Part shown: piece by piece, positions 8,506 to 17,176 of the stretch
Numbering within the stretch: the first letter of the stretch is position 1
Layout: every line of letters starts with the position of its first letter
NCBI GenBank assembly: GCA_043753995.1
Contig: JAYUVP010000049.1
Location: 1 to 26,017 of the forward strand
Origin: Fibrobacterota bacterium
Lineage (GTDB): Bacteria > Fibrobacterota > Fibrobacteria > UBA11236
Length of the DNA: 26,017 nt
Direction of reading: 5' to 3'
The notes under the pieces: generated by a model
What the model was told of the DNA's origin: nothing
The model's input: the letters and a program-made list of their open reading frames with translations, nothing else
Database searches by the model: none
Translations under genes and position numbers: made by a program

Positions 8506-10329
8506 ATGTTGCAGACCCTCTTCCATAAGACCGACCTGATGAAGGCCTTTGCGCCTTTATCGCAAAACGGCCAAGTCTGTTTGGAAACCCTCTTGATTCA
8601 TCCCAAGACCCTGCGGGTCGAAGGCCGGGGGTTTTTCAATGACCCCGATTTTGTGTTAGAGGCCTGCACTCCCCTGGCCGGCCGCTACAATTTTGGCCTT
8701 AGCCCTTTTTCTTATTCGCCTGACCGTGTGCCCTCGAGGCAGGCCTACAATCAATTCGATCGCAATTTGCTGGAAGCCCAGCACCAAGAGCATGGCAATC
8801 CGCATTCGCTCACCGTTTCCTTTCAATTCAAACCCGATCTTTTCCGCGAGCTCGATCCGGCCAAGGGCAATCATGTTCTGCAAGTGGTCTATCTCATCGA
8901 TGCCATCCTAGAGCGCATTCCCCTGAAGACTTTCAGTCTCGATTTCGGGGGCAATGCCATGACGGCGCGCTTCTTGCCTGCCTGCGCCAGCCATTATCCG
9001 AATCTGTCGCGCGCGCAATACTTCGATGTCACGCGCAAATTGATCGAGCGTATCGAAAAGGAGATGTATCCGCAAGAGCACAAGAAATTTGTCACCGTCT
9101 CCGCCGCCTTGGGCAAGGCCTGGGATCCCCTGCCCGGCACACCCCTGGTGATGAGTGCCGAAGAAGGCGGCAATATGCAGGCCACCACGGCGGGCCATTT
9201 GCAATTGGCCAATGACGCCCTATTTCAGAGCCTTTTCGAGGAGGTGGTGCAAGGACCCAAAAGTCGCACTTCCGGCGTTTATGCTCCCGCTAATTTGCAG
9301 GGCTTGAGCCAGGACTGGGGCGCATCTTCAGAGGAGGGACCGGGTTTGGCGCGCGCGCCGCTGGGTCAACCTCATTTGGAGCGGGCCGTCAAAGAAGAAA
9401 GCCATGCCGAGGTCGGCATGCAAGAGAATCGCCACCTGGAGGAAATGACGGCCTATTTTCAAAATGTCTCGCTGAGCCGTTGGCGTTGGCCCTTGACTTC
9501 GCAGGCCTTTCAGCGCCAATTCCAGGGGCTGGCTTGCGGGGAAATGCTCATGCTGCAATGCGATCCATTCGGTGCCGAGACGGCCTTGCATTTCCTCATG
9601 CAAAGCGCCGAGGGATTCGCACGCGACCAGGGCGGGCAAATGCTGATTTTCTCGAAACGCCATACCCCAGGCGAATTGGCTCTTTTTACCATGGCGCGGC
9701 ATTTGAAACAGCATCCCTTTCAAGTTCGCAATGGCCAAAAGCCCGCCGATCCCAGAAGCCTAGTTCAGCAATTCACGGGTCTATTTCCCTGTGCCCCCAT
9801 TTTCCTGGCCTGCTCCCCAGGGGAAAACTGGGAGAATATCATGCGCTATTTGGAGCACGATTATTTAGTCCGCTCTAAGAAAAATGGGGCGACCCCGCCG
9901 CCCCTGGCCATTCTCATCGATGGGGCCGAGGACTTTCGCATGCCCACTCGCGAGCTGACCTTTTCCCAGGTCGCTCAATTCAAGGCTCGCCTGCGCGATC
10001 TCAATGCCAGCCTTTGGCTCGTTGACCCCTTGATTGACGGTCAGGCTCCCGTGGAATCCCTGCTGGGCCTCGCCGATTATTTGGCCATACTCGACTTCGA
10101 CGGATCGCTTTCCAACGAAGGCGAAAAAGGCGAAGGCTGGGAATTCAGCTTTTCCCTCGATCCGCAATTAAGGGCGAGTAGCGCCGAATTATCCCTGGTT
10201 CGCCTGGCTTTTCAATCCCATGGGTCGCATAGGTGCATGACCAGCTCCTATGTCCATTGGGCCCAGGCCGGTCTCTTCAAAGAATTGCAGCCACCCGGGC
10301 AACCCGTGGGAAATAAGCCGCCTGGATAG
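8506..10329 (+). CDS. Hypothetical protein: degenerate DnaB-like RecA-fold C-terminal domain plus a possible degenerate AEP/RepB'-primase-like N-terminal domain
   Basis: Intact 607-aa ORF. Residues ~328-594 follow the DnaB motif order with catalytic residues replaced (see findings). The CDS itself is well supported; the domain call is by eye. Confidence 0.7.
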   Translation: MLQTLFHKTDLMKAFAPLSQNGQVCLETLLIHPKTLRVEGRGFFNDPDFVLEACTPLAGRYNFGLSPFSYSPDRVPSRQAYNQFDRNLLEAQHQEHGNPHSLTVSFQFKPDLFRELDPAKGNHVLQVVYLIDAILERIPLKTFSLDFGGNAMTARFLPACASHYPNLSRAQYFDVTRKLIERIEKEMYPQEHKKFVTVSAALGKAWDPLPGTPLVMSAEEGGNMQATTAGHLQLANDALFQSLFEEVVQGPKSRTSGVYAPANLQGLSQDWGASSEEGPGLARAPLGQPHLERAVKEESHAEVGMQENRHLEEMTAYFQNVSLSRWRWPLTSQAFQRQFQGLACGEMLMLQCDPFGAETALHFLMQSAEGFARDQGGQMLIFSKRHTPGELALFTMARHLKQHPFQVRNGQKPADPRSLVQQFTGLFPCAPIFLACSPGENWENIMRYLEHDYLVRSKKNGATPPPLAILIDGAEDFRMPTRELTFSQVAQFKARLRDLNASLWLVDPLIDGQAPVESLLGLADYLAILDFDGSLSNEGEKGEGWEFSFSLDPQLRASSAELSLVRLAFQSHGSHRCMTSSYVHWAQAGLFKELQPPGQPVGNKPPG

Positions 10330-10370
10330 GGTTAAGTTTCAGGGAAGTGCCCAAACCGGGCCAACCCTGC

Positions 10371-11246
10371 ATGAAAAACCAAATCGTCTACTTGCTGCTT
10401 GAGGCCTTTCGCGGCTTTCGCTCCGATCGCTTTCTCTCGGTCACCTCCATCATCACGATCGGCATTTGTAATTCCGTGTTTGCGTCCTTGCTTTTGGCCA
10501 TGGTTTTCATTTGGTCGGCAGGCTCACGCGGAGAAAAAGACGGGGTGGTGCGTGTTTTCACTAAATCCAATGCCGAGGACTCCGCTTCGCTGGCGTCCTT
10601 GGAGCGGCGTCTGAAAGGGCTTTCCGGCATTGATTCGGTGGTTTTCATCAGCAAGGACGACGCCCTGATGGATTTCAAACGTGATTTCGGTGATGATATG
10701 CTAAAATCACTCGACGTCAATCCACTGCCGCATTCCTATGTCGTGTATTTGTCGCCGGAAAACCGCACCGCCGCGGCCATACGCCTTTTGCGCGACCGGG
10801 CCCGGTTATTCCCTGAAGTCGAAGAAGCGACGGGTGAAACCGTCTATCTAGCCTGGCTTGATCAATGGAAATTACCGGTGCAGGCCGGAACGGCTTTATT
10901 GCTGCTCTTTGTGGCGGGGGCTCTAGGCCTCATCATACGCAATGCCGTTAAACTGAATCTGTATGCGCGGCGTGACCTCGTGGAGAATATGAAGTATTGC
11001 GGTGCTGCCGAATACTTTATCGTCACACCGTTTTTGCTTGAAGGCATTTTGCTGGGGCTGGGCGGCAGCTTGGTCGGCATAGCCACTCTGGGCTTTCTGC
11101 TTTATCTCAGCCATTTCCTCTCGCCACGCATCGCGGATCAAATGCATTTCTGGACATCGGCCTCGGCCTTGCTCCTCAGTACCGCCGCCATCGCGGCCCT
11201 GACGAGTGTCCGCACGGTGCGGCAATTCTTGACTGGCCATGCTTGA
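10371..11246 (+). CDS. ftsX: Cell division permease FtsX
   Basis: N-terminal TM, periplasmic loop with FISKDDAL..F and NPLPHSY, then IIRNAVKLNLYARR...MKYCGA...FIVTPFLLEG and three further TMs. Confidence 0.93.
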   Translation: MKNQIVYLLLEAFRGFRSDRFLSVTSIITIGICNSVFASLLLAMVFIWSAGSRGEKDGVVRVFTKSNAEDSASLASLERRLKGLSGIDSVVFISKDDALMDFKRDFGDDMLKSLDVNPLPHSYVVYLSPENRTAAAIRLLRDRARLFPEVEEATGETVYLAWLDQWKLPVQAGTALLLLFVAGALGLIIRNAVKLNLYARRDLVENMKYCGAAEYFIVTPFLLEGILLGLGGSLVGIATLGFLLYLSHFLSPRIADQMHFWTSASALLLSTAAIAALTSVRTVRQFLTGHA

Positions 11247-12414
11247 ACATCGCTACCGTCAGCGCCTCTCGGCGCTGGTCTTCATCCTGGGGATTCTCGC
11301 CCTTGCCTTGCCAACCTTGGCCGCACGCAGCGATTTCGATCAGGAAATTGCGCGGCAAAAACAGGACTTGCAAGCCTTGCGCCAACGCCTGGAGCGAGGC
11401 CAACAAGAGCTTGAATCCCTCAAAGCCAAGCAGAGCAGCGCACTCGGTGCCATTGACAAGCTCGCAGGCAGCATTGCCCTGACCGACACCTATTTGCGCA
11501 AGCTCGAAACCACCGAACAATGGCTCGATCATGCCGTGCATGAAACCGAAGCTGAAGTCGGTGAGTTGTCTCGGCGCATTCGCGATCGCAATGCCTTGAT
11601 GGCTAGGCGCGTCCGCTCGCTTTATATCGCCGGAGGACCCGAGCGCACGCTTTTCGCAGCGAGCGATGGCGAAGGCGATTTCTTGGAACGCGTTTATTTC
11701 ATGCGCCGCATTTTACGCTATGATGCGGGTCTGGTGACCCTATCCAAAGCCGACGCCGCCCGCAAGCGGGCCATTTTACGGCGCCTAAACGGGCGGCGTG
11801 ACGAATTGCAACTATTCCGGGATTTGAAGGCACGCGAGAAAATCCGGTTCGCCCGCGCCCGCTCCGATCAGGAAAAAGATTTGGCCCACCTTCAAAATGA
11901 CATGCACGCCAAGAACAAAGCCCTCAAGGAAATGGAGGAGAACGAGCAACTCCTGAATGAAATTCTCGCCGGCCTGGAAAAGCGCCGCCAGCAGGAATTG
12001 GCGCGCAATAAAAAGGCCCGCGCCTTGGAAACCGGCACCAAGTATTGCTCACCCGTGGAGGGGCCAGTAGTCTCTCGCTATGGCATGCATTACCATGCCA
12101 CCCTCAAAACCACTACGCGAAACTTGGGCATTGAAATCGAAGGCGCCGACGGCGCCGCGGTGAAAGCCGCCGTGGCCGGGGAAGTCGCTCTGATCACCCG
12201 TATTCCCGGCTATGGGCAGGGCATTATTCTCGACAATGGCTCGGGATATTTCACCATCTATGCGAATCTGTCGGCCATTCGGGTGCGTACTGGCGACAAG
12301 GTCAAAACCTGCCAGGAAATCGCCGAAATGGCGACCGAACCCGGGCGCCTCTATTTTGAGGTCCGCCAGGGCACGAAAACCCTGGACCCCACCGCCTGGC
12401 TCCAGGGGAAATGA
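11239..12414 (+). CDS. envC: Murein hydrolase activator EnvC (coiled coil plus degenerate M23/LytM domain)
   Basis: Signal peptide and long coiled coil. The LytM domain NLGIEI...GYGQGIILDNG..YFTIYANL...LYFEVR...DP lacks the Zn-binding His residues, as in EnvC. Overlaps the ftsX stop. Confidence 0.88.
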   Translation: MLEHRYRQRLSALVFILGILALALPTLAARSDFDQEIARQKQDLQALRQRLERGQQELESLKAKQSSALGAIDKLAGSIALTDTYLRKLETTEQWLDHAVHETEAEVGELSRRIRDRNALMARRVRSLYIAGGPERTLFAASDGEGDFLERVYFMRRILRYDAGLVTLSKADAARKRAILRRLNGRRDELQLFRDLKAREKIRFARARSDQEKDLAHLQNDMHAKNKALKEMEENEQLLNEILAGLEKRRQQELARNKKARALETGTKYCSPVEGPVVSRYGMHYHATLKTTTRNLGIEIEGADGAAVKAAVAGEVALITRIPGYGQGIILDNGSGYFTIYANLSAIRVRTGDKVKTCQEIAEMATEPGRLYFEVRQGTKTLDPTAWLQGK

Positions 12415-12478
12415 TTTTTGCCTACAGGTGAGCACCATCACTGACGAGACCCGGCGCCTAAGGCATCTTTCCCTCTCC

Positions 12479-13621
12479 ATGGATTCCCCGTCCCTCATCC
12501 GTACCCTCGGCCAGAAAGCCGCCCGGCAAATCGTCGCCGCCGCTTGGGAAAGCAAGCGCTTTCCGCATGCCCTCTTGGTGCACGGAGCCCCCGGGCTGGG
12601 GCAGGCCGCGTTGGTGCTCGATACCGCCCAGCTGATTCTCTGTGAAAGCCGCCAGGAAAGGCCCTGCGGGCGTTGCGGCGCCTGCATTGGGTTTCGTGCC
12701 CAAAGCCTGGAAAACCTTCATCACTTGCTTCCCTTGGTCAAAGGAGTCAAAGGCGGCAAAGCCGAAAGTGACGGGGAAGGCCTCGATGCCTCGGCCATGG
12801 ATGAATTCGTCGAAAGACAGCAAGCCTTGCACCGCGATCCCTACCTTTTCGCCTGGCCCGAAAAAGCGGGTATCTCCATTCATCAGGTGCGCGAATTGCA
12901 AAAACAATTGCAATATGCCGAAAGCCGTGGGCGGGCCCGCGTGGTGATTCTGCCCTGGCTAGAGGCGCTACGCCCAGAAGCGGCCAATGCCCTGCTAAAA
13001 ACCCTCGAAGAACCGCCCAAGGACACCTATTTCCTGATCACCACCGAAGACCGAGCTGGCATCATGCCCACCTTGCTTTCCCGTTGCATGCAAGTCTCGC
13101 TCACGCCATTCCATGAAGGCGAATTTCGCCAGACCCTCCAAGATTGGAAAGCCCGGTTACCCGGCGGCCCGAAGCCCGCCCTATTGCCCTTGGCGGAAGG
13201 CTCGCCGGGACTTTATCTCGCCCTTCACGAAAGCGGCGAAGCCGGATTGGAAGCCACGGCGCGTTTTCTCGCCGCTGCCTTGGAGCTCGATTTAGGGGCT
13301 TTCCTGGAACATATTGAAACCTCCGAAACCTTTGCTGACATGGAAGGCGCCACCCAAGTGTTGGAAATGGCCTTGAAATTGATACGACTAGAACAAAAGC
13401 GTCGCGTTATGCCCCCCGACGCGGCCGGTACCCCGCCCTGGGATGCGGCTCTGCTCGCCGCTTTGTCTCCCCTGCGCAAGCTCACCCAACTCGCGCCCTT
13501 TGCCGCCTTCGCCCAAGAGGGATTGCAGGCTTTACGCCAATTTGTGAAGCCGCAAAATGCCATCGTGGGTCTGTTTTTGGACTATGAAAGCAAGGCCGCG
13601 GAAATGGAAAGGGCCGCTTGA
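12479..13621 (+). CDS. holB: DNA polymerase III delta' subunit
   Basis: PHALLVHGAPGLGQ (degenerate Walker A), Zn module C...PCGRCGAC, AANALLKTLEEPP, TLLSRC. Start at ATG 12479 or GTG 12428. Confidence 0.9.
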   Translation: MDSPSLIRTLGQKAARQIVAAAWESKRFPHALLVHGAPGLGQAALVLDTAQLILCESRQERPCGRCGACIGFRAQSLENLHHLLPLVKGVKGGKAESDGEGLDASAMDEFVERQQALHRDPYLFAWPEKAGISIHQVRELQKQLQYAESRGRARVVILPWLEALRPEAANALLKTLEEPPKDTYFLITTEDRAGIMPTLLSRCMQVSLTPFHEGEFRQTLQDWKARLPGGPKPALLPLAEGSPGLYLALHESGEAGLEATARFLAAALELDLGAFLEHIETSETFADMEGATQVLEMALKLIRLEQKRRVMPPDAAGTPPWDAALLAALSPLRKLTQLAPFAAFAQEGLQALRQFVKPQNAIVGLFLDYESKAAEMERAA

Positions 13622-15333
13622 CCGGACCCGCCCCTCTCACCATTGCCACCCCCCGCGTGCCGGAAGAATCTCTGCGGCAAGCCCTGGCTCAGGCCATTCA
13701 TGGGCCGCTTTTTGTCGCCGACTTATTGCTCATGCGCGGTATCCACGACAAGGAAGCAGCGCGAGCTTTTTTTCTGGCTCAGCCCCTTGAGAATGAAAGC
13801 ACGGTCACCGATAGCCCCATGCTCGGCCTAGAGGCCGCCTTGGAGGCCCTTATGCGCGCCCTTGAAAACGGGGACCGCGTCGTCGTGCACGGCGATTATG
13901 ATGTCGATGGCGTCACCGCCACGGCCTTGCTTTATCAGGGCTTACGCGATCTCGGCTTTCAATGCGGATGGTTCATTCCCAATCGCTTTGCCGAGGGCTA
14001 TGGCATATCACGCAAAAGCGTGGACAAGATTCGCCAGGAAGTCACCCACCTTATTATCACGGTCGATACCGGTATTGCCGCCTGCGAGGAAATCGCCTAT
14101 GCCAAGGAGCAAGGCATCGGCGTTATCGTCACCGATCATCATCAGGCCGGTAGCGAATTGCCTTTGGCCGTGAGCATACTCAATCCTAATCAGCCGAATT
14201 GCCCGCATCCGAATAAAGGCCTGTCGGGCGTGGGTGTCGCCTATACCTTGCTATGCGCCTTGGCGAAGCGTTTGCCTGGTTGCCAGCCCGACGATTATCT
14301 CGATTTGGTCGCTCTCGGTAGCTTGGCCGACAATGTGCCGGTGACGGGAGCCAATCGCGCCCTCATTCGCAATGGCTTGCGACGCATGACCCAAACCCGC
14401 TCGCCTGGCATACGCGCGCTTTTCCAAAAAACCGGTATCGATACTGAGGCTTTAACCACCATGGATTTGCTGTTCAAGGTCACGCCCTTGCTCAATGCCA
14501 TGGGTCGCATGGGCAGCCCCGAAGTAAGTCTGCGACTTTTACTCAGTCAAGACGCCGCCGAAGCCGATGGCCATTTGATTCGCATGGTTGAGGAGAATGC
14601 CAAGCGCCGGCAAATCGATCAAGCCATAACCGAAGAGGCCTTTAAACGCATCGACGCCGATCCCCTCCTGCGCGATGCACCCTGCCTTGTGGTAGGCGAC
14701 GCCACTTGGCATGAAGGTGTCATTGGCATTGTTGCCGCCCGTCTTGTCGATCGATATGCCCGCCCCGCCTTTGTTCTCGCTTATGACGAAGAAGGGCGTG
14801 CCAAGGGCAGTGGTCGCACGGTGACTGGTTTTCATTTGCACAAAGCCTTGGGCACGGTCTCTGATTGTTTCGAAAAATGGGGTGGCCATTATTATGCCTG
14901 CGGCTTCACCCTGAAGACGGGCCAGGGCGATGTATTTCGAGAGGCCATGGTGGCCTTGGCGGGGCGAATCCTAGGAGAAAAACCCGAACCCATTCCGGTG
15001 CAGCCTGCCGCCTGGTTGCCGCTTGGCGAACTCGACGAACAAAGCATGCTTTGGCTAAAGCGTTTCGAGCCCTTTGGACCCTTAAATGAGTCGCCCATTT
15101 TTTATGCCGAGAATGTCGACTTGAATGAAGAGCCGCGCGTGGTGGGCGAAAAGCATTTGAAGTTTTCTGTAACCCAGGACGGCGGCGTTTTCGATGCCAT
15201 CGCCTTCAATCTGGGCCATATGGCAAAATCACTGCGCCAAAGACAAAGCCTGCGGCGCATCGCTTTTTATCCCGAATGGAATGTCTTTCGCGGGCGCCGA
15301 AAAATCCAATTGCGTGTCATTGCTTTGGAATGA
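13618..15333 (+). CDS. recJ: Single-stranded-DNA-specific exonuclease RecJ
   Basis: HGDYDVDG, PNRFAEGYG, TVDTG, TDHH, PLLNAMGR, WHEGVIGIVA, KGSGR, GGH, EPFG and a C-terminal OB fold. TTG start overlaps the holB stop (TTGA). Confidence 0.96.
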   Translation: MTGPAPLTIATPRVPEESLRQALAQAIHGPLFVADLLLMRGIHDKEAARAFFLAQPLENESTVTDSPMLGLEAALEALMRALENGDRVVVHGDYDVDGVTATALLYQGLRDLGFQCGWFIPNRFAEGYGISRKSVDKIRQEVTHLIITVDTGIAACEEIAYAKEQGIGVIVTDHHQAGSELPLAVSILNPNQPNCPHPNKGLSGVGVAYTLLCALAKRLPGCQPDDYLDLVALGSLADNVPVTGANRALIRNGLRRMTQTRSPGIRALFQKTGIDTEALTTMDLLFKVTPLLNAMGRMGSPEVSLRLLLSQDAAEADGHLIRMVEENAKRRQIDQAITEEAFKRIDADPLLRDAPCLVVGDATWHEGVIGIVAARLVDRYARPAFVLAYDEEGRAKGSGRTVTGFHLHKALGTVSDCFEKWGGHYYACGFTLKTGQGDVFREAMVALAGRILGEKPEPIPVQPAAWLPLGELDEQSMLWLKRFEPFGPLNESPIFYAENVDLNEEPRVVGEKHLKFSVTQDGGVFDAIAFNLGHMAKSLRQRQSLRRIAFYPEWNVFRGRRKIQLRVIALE

Positions 15334-15339
15334 AATCGG

Positions 15340-15362
15340 CTAGGGCTCCGGCGGAGCTCTAG
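15340..15362. terminator. Stem-loop between the convergent recJ and HxlR genes
   Basis: CTAGGGCTCC-ggc-GGAGCTCTAG, a 10-bp stem with one G-U pair; no clear U-tract. Confidence 0.4.
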
Positions 15363-15739
15363 GCGGCGACCTCTTCCATCGGGACGGTAGCCATGGCGAG
15401 AGTCAAGGCCTCGGCATTGACCGCATCGGCACGACGCTGAAACGATTGACCCCACGAGCACAATTGCTCCATCACGGGAGCCAGGGTTTTGCCGAATTCG
15501 GTGAGGCGGTATTCGACGCGAGGCGGCACCACTGGAAAAACCTGGCGATGCACTAGGCCGCTCTCTTCCAAATCGCGCAATTCCTGGGTGAGCATTTTCT
15601 GGCTAATGCCTGAAATGGCTTTCTGCAATTCGCCGAAGCGCTTTACTTTGTCCTGCAGGTGCCACAAAATGATGACCTTCCATTTGCCTCCAATAACCGT
15701 AAGGGCGGTTGTCACTGGGCAAGCTGATATTTCTTTCAT
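15359..15739 (-). CDS. HxlR/DUF24 family winged-helix transcriptional regulator
   Basis: CPVTTALTVIGGKWK...RFGELQKAISGISQKMLTQELRDLE...PPRVEYRLT; AGGAGG RBS before ATG 15739. Confidence 0.95.
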   Translation of the reverse strand: MKEISACPVTTALTVIGGKWKVIILWHLQDKVKRFGELQKAISGISQKMLTQELRDLEESGLVHRQVFPVVPPRVEYRLTEFGKTLAPVMEQLCSWGQSFQRRADAVNAEALTLAMATVPMEEVAA

Positions 15740-15829
15740 CGCTAGGTTCCTCCTTGGCAGGAAAGGCAAAGATAGAGAGGGGTTAAGGTTGGGAATCGGA
15801 CTTTCGGTAACCTAGGGAAATTCAGTCTC

Positions 15830-17176
15830 ATGATTCCTGTTTCTCAACGAAAATGGGCTAGGCATTTCATTCACCTGGCGGCCTTGGCCTGGGCTTTGGT
15901 CTTGCCCTTTTACCCGCCTTGGGCGGTTTTGGGCTTTTTATTTCTTGCCGTCTTGGGCAATTTGATATTGCCGCGGTGGCTGCCCTGGGTTTTGCCCCTG
16001 GAACGTTCGGGGCAAGGGCATTTAGAAACCGTTCACTATCCGGCTGCCTTGCTTATCACCTTTCTTGCTTTTGCCCCGCTAGGCGGAGCGGCACCGCCCC
16101 TGGTGACCCTCAATGCCCCCCCGTGGTATGCCTGGCCACTTCTCGCCTGGATGGTTTTGGCCGTCGGAGATCCGCTACTGTCCATCGCTCAGCGGCTCTG
16201 GCCCAAAGGCCCTACCCTACCATGGAATTCTCGGAAGCGACTTTGGCCTTGGCTGGGCGTGACGGCAATCCTGACGCCGATCTTGGCCTGGGCCGGCGCC
16301 CAGGGGCTGGTGCTTCCTTGGTTTTGGTGCGCCCTCGCCGTTGGCCTCGGCCTGGTCGCCGAAACCTTTTGGCTTGGCATCGATGACAATTGGCTGATGC
16401 CCTTTGCCGTCTGCTTTGTGGGAGCACTTTCTCTTTTAAGCCTATCCGGCCAAGGGGAATGGAATTGGTTTTGGGTTTTGCCCCTGCTTTTCGGGATGGC
16501 TGCTCTTGCCCTCAAAAAATTGACCTCAGGCGGAGCGGCGGTCGGCATGCTTTGCGGCTATTGGCTCTTGTCAGCTCATCCCGGGCTATTCGCCATGCTC
16601 TGCGGCTTTTTTGCCTTGGGAGTAGGAGCCACGGCCTTCTGCTTCGCTGGCAAGCAAAAACGCAATTTGGCCGAAGCCCGCGGCGGCCGCCGTGGTGCGG
16701 CCGAGGTTTTCGGTGCCGCTGGCATCGCGGCCTGGACCGCGACCTTGGTGCTTCTCCAGCGTCACTCGGGGGCTACCGACACCGAGGTGTTACGGGCTTG
16801 CCTCATCCCCGGAGCCGCCTTGGTGGCCAAGGCCATGGACACCGTTTCTAGCGAGGTGGGCAAGGCCCGTCGGGGGCGCACCTGGCTAATACCCGAAGGC
16901 CGCGAAGTTCCACCCGGCACCGAAGGCGCCTGGTCTATCGCGGGAACGGTGGCCGGACTCGGCGCGGCTATTTTGCTTTCCGCATTCGCTTGGGCGCTGG
17001 GCCTTATCCATCCGCTTCAGGGCTGGGCTTGGGTGGGCATAGCCCTGATTGCGAATGTCATCGAATCGCTATGGGCCCGATTTTGGGATCGGCGCGGCAT
17101 CGATCCGGGTGCGCATACCAATGTGATTTTAACCGGGGTCGCAGCGGCTTTGGCTTGGTTTTTGTTGACGGTTTGA
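15830..17176 (+). CDS. Polytopic membrane protein: phytol/dolichol-kinase-like N-terminal domain fused to a DUF92 (TMEM19/VTE6-like) domain
   Basis: N-half: RKWARHFIHL, AVGD...PWNSRK, AE...IDDNWLMP. C-half: LTSGG, GGRRGAAEV, AMDTVSSEVG, VPPGTEGAWSIAGT, NVIESL. Confidence 0.82.
   Translation: MIPVSQRKWARHFIHLAALAWALVLPFYPPWAVLGFLFLAVLGNLILPRWLPWVLPLERSGQGHLETVHYPAALLITFLAFAPLGGAAPPLVTLNAPPWYAWPLLAWMVLAVGDPLLSIAQRLWPKGPTLPWNSRKRLWPWLGVTAILTPILAWAGAQGLVLPWFWCALAVGLGLVAETFWLGIDDNWLMPFAVCFVGALSLLSLSGQGEWNWFWVLPLLFGMAALALKKLTSGGAAVGMLCGYWLLSAHPGLFAMLCGFFALGVGATAFCFAGKQKRNLAEARGGRRGAAEVFGAAGIAAWTATLVLLQRHSGATDTEVLRACLIPGAALVAKAMDTVSSEVGKARRGRTWLIPEGREVPPGTEGAWSIAGTVAGLGAAILLSAFAWALGLIHPLQGWAWVGIALIANVIESLWARFWDRRGIDPGAHTNVILTGVAAALAWFLLTV

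Noticed and set aside
12040..12414. Loss of Zn-binding His residues in the M23 domain as a novelty
   Set aside because: This is the normal state of EnvC-type activators.
12212..12478. N-terminal extension of holB in the ORF track
   Set aside because: It overlaps envC in another frame; HolB-like sequence begins near 12479.
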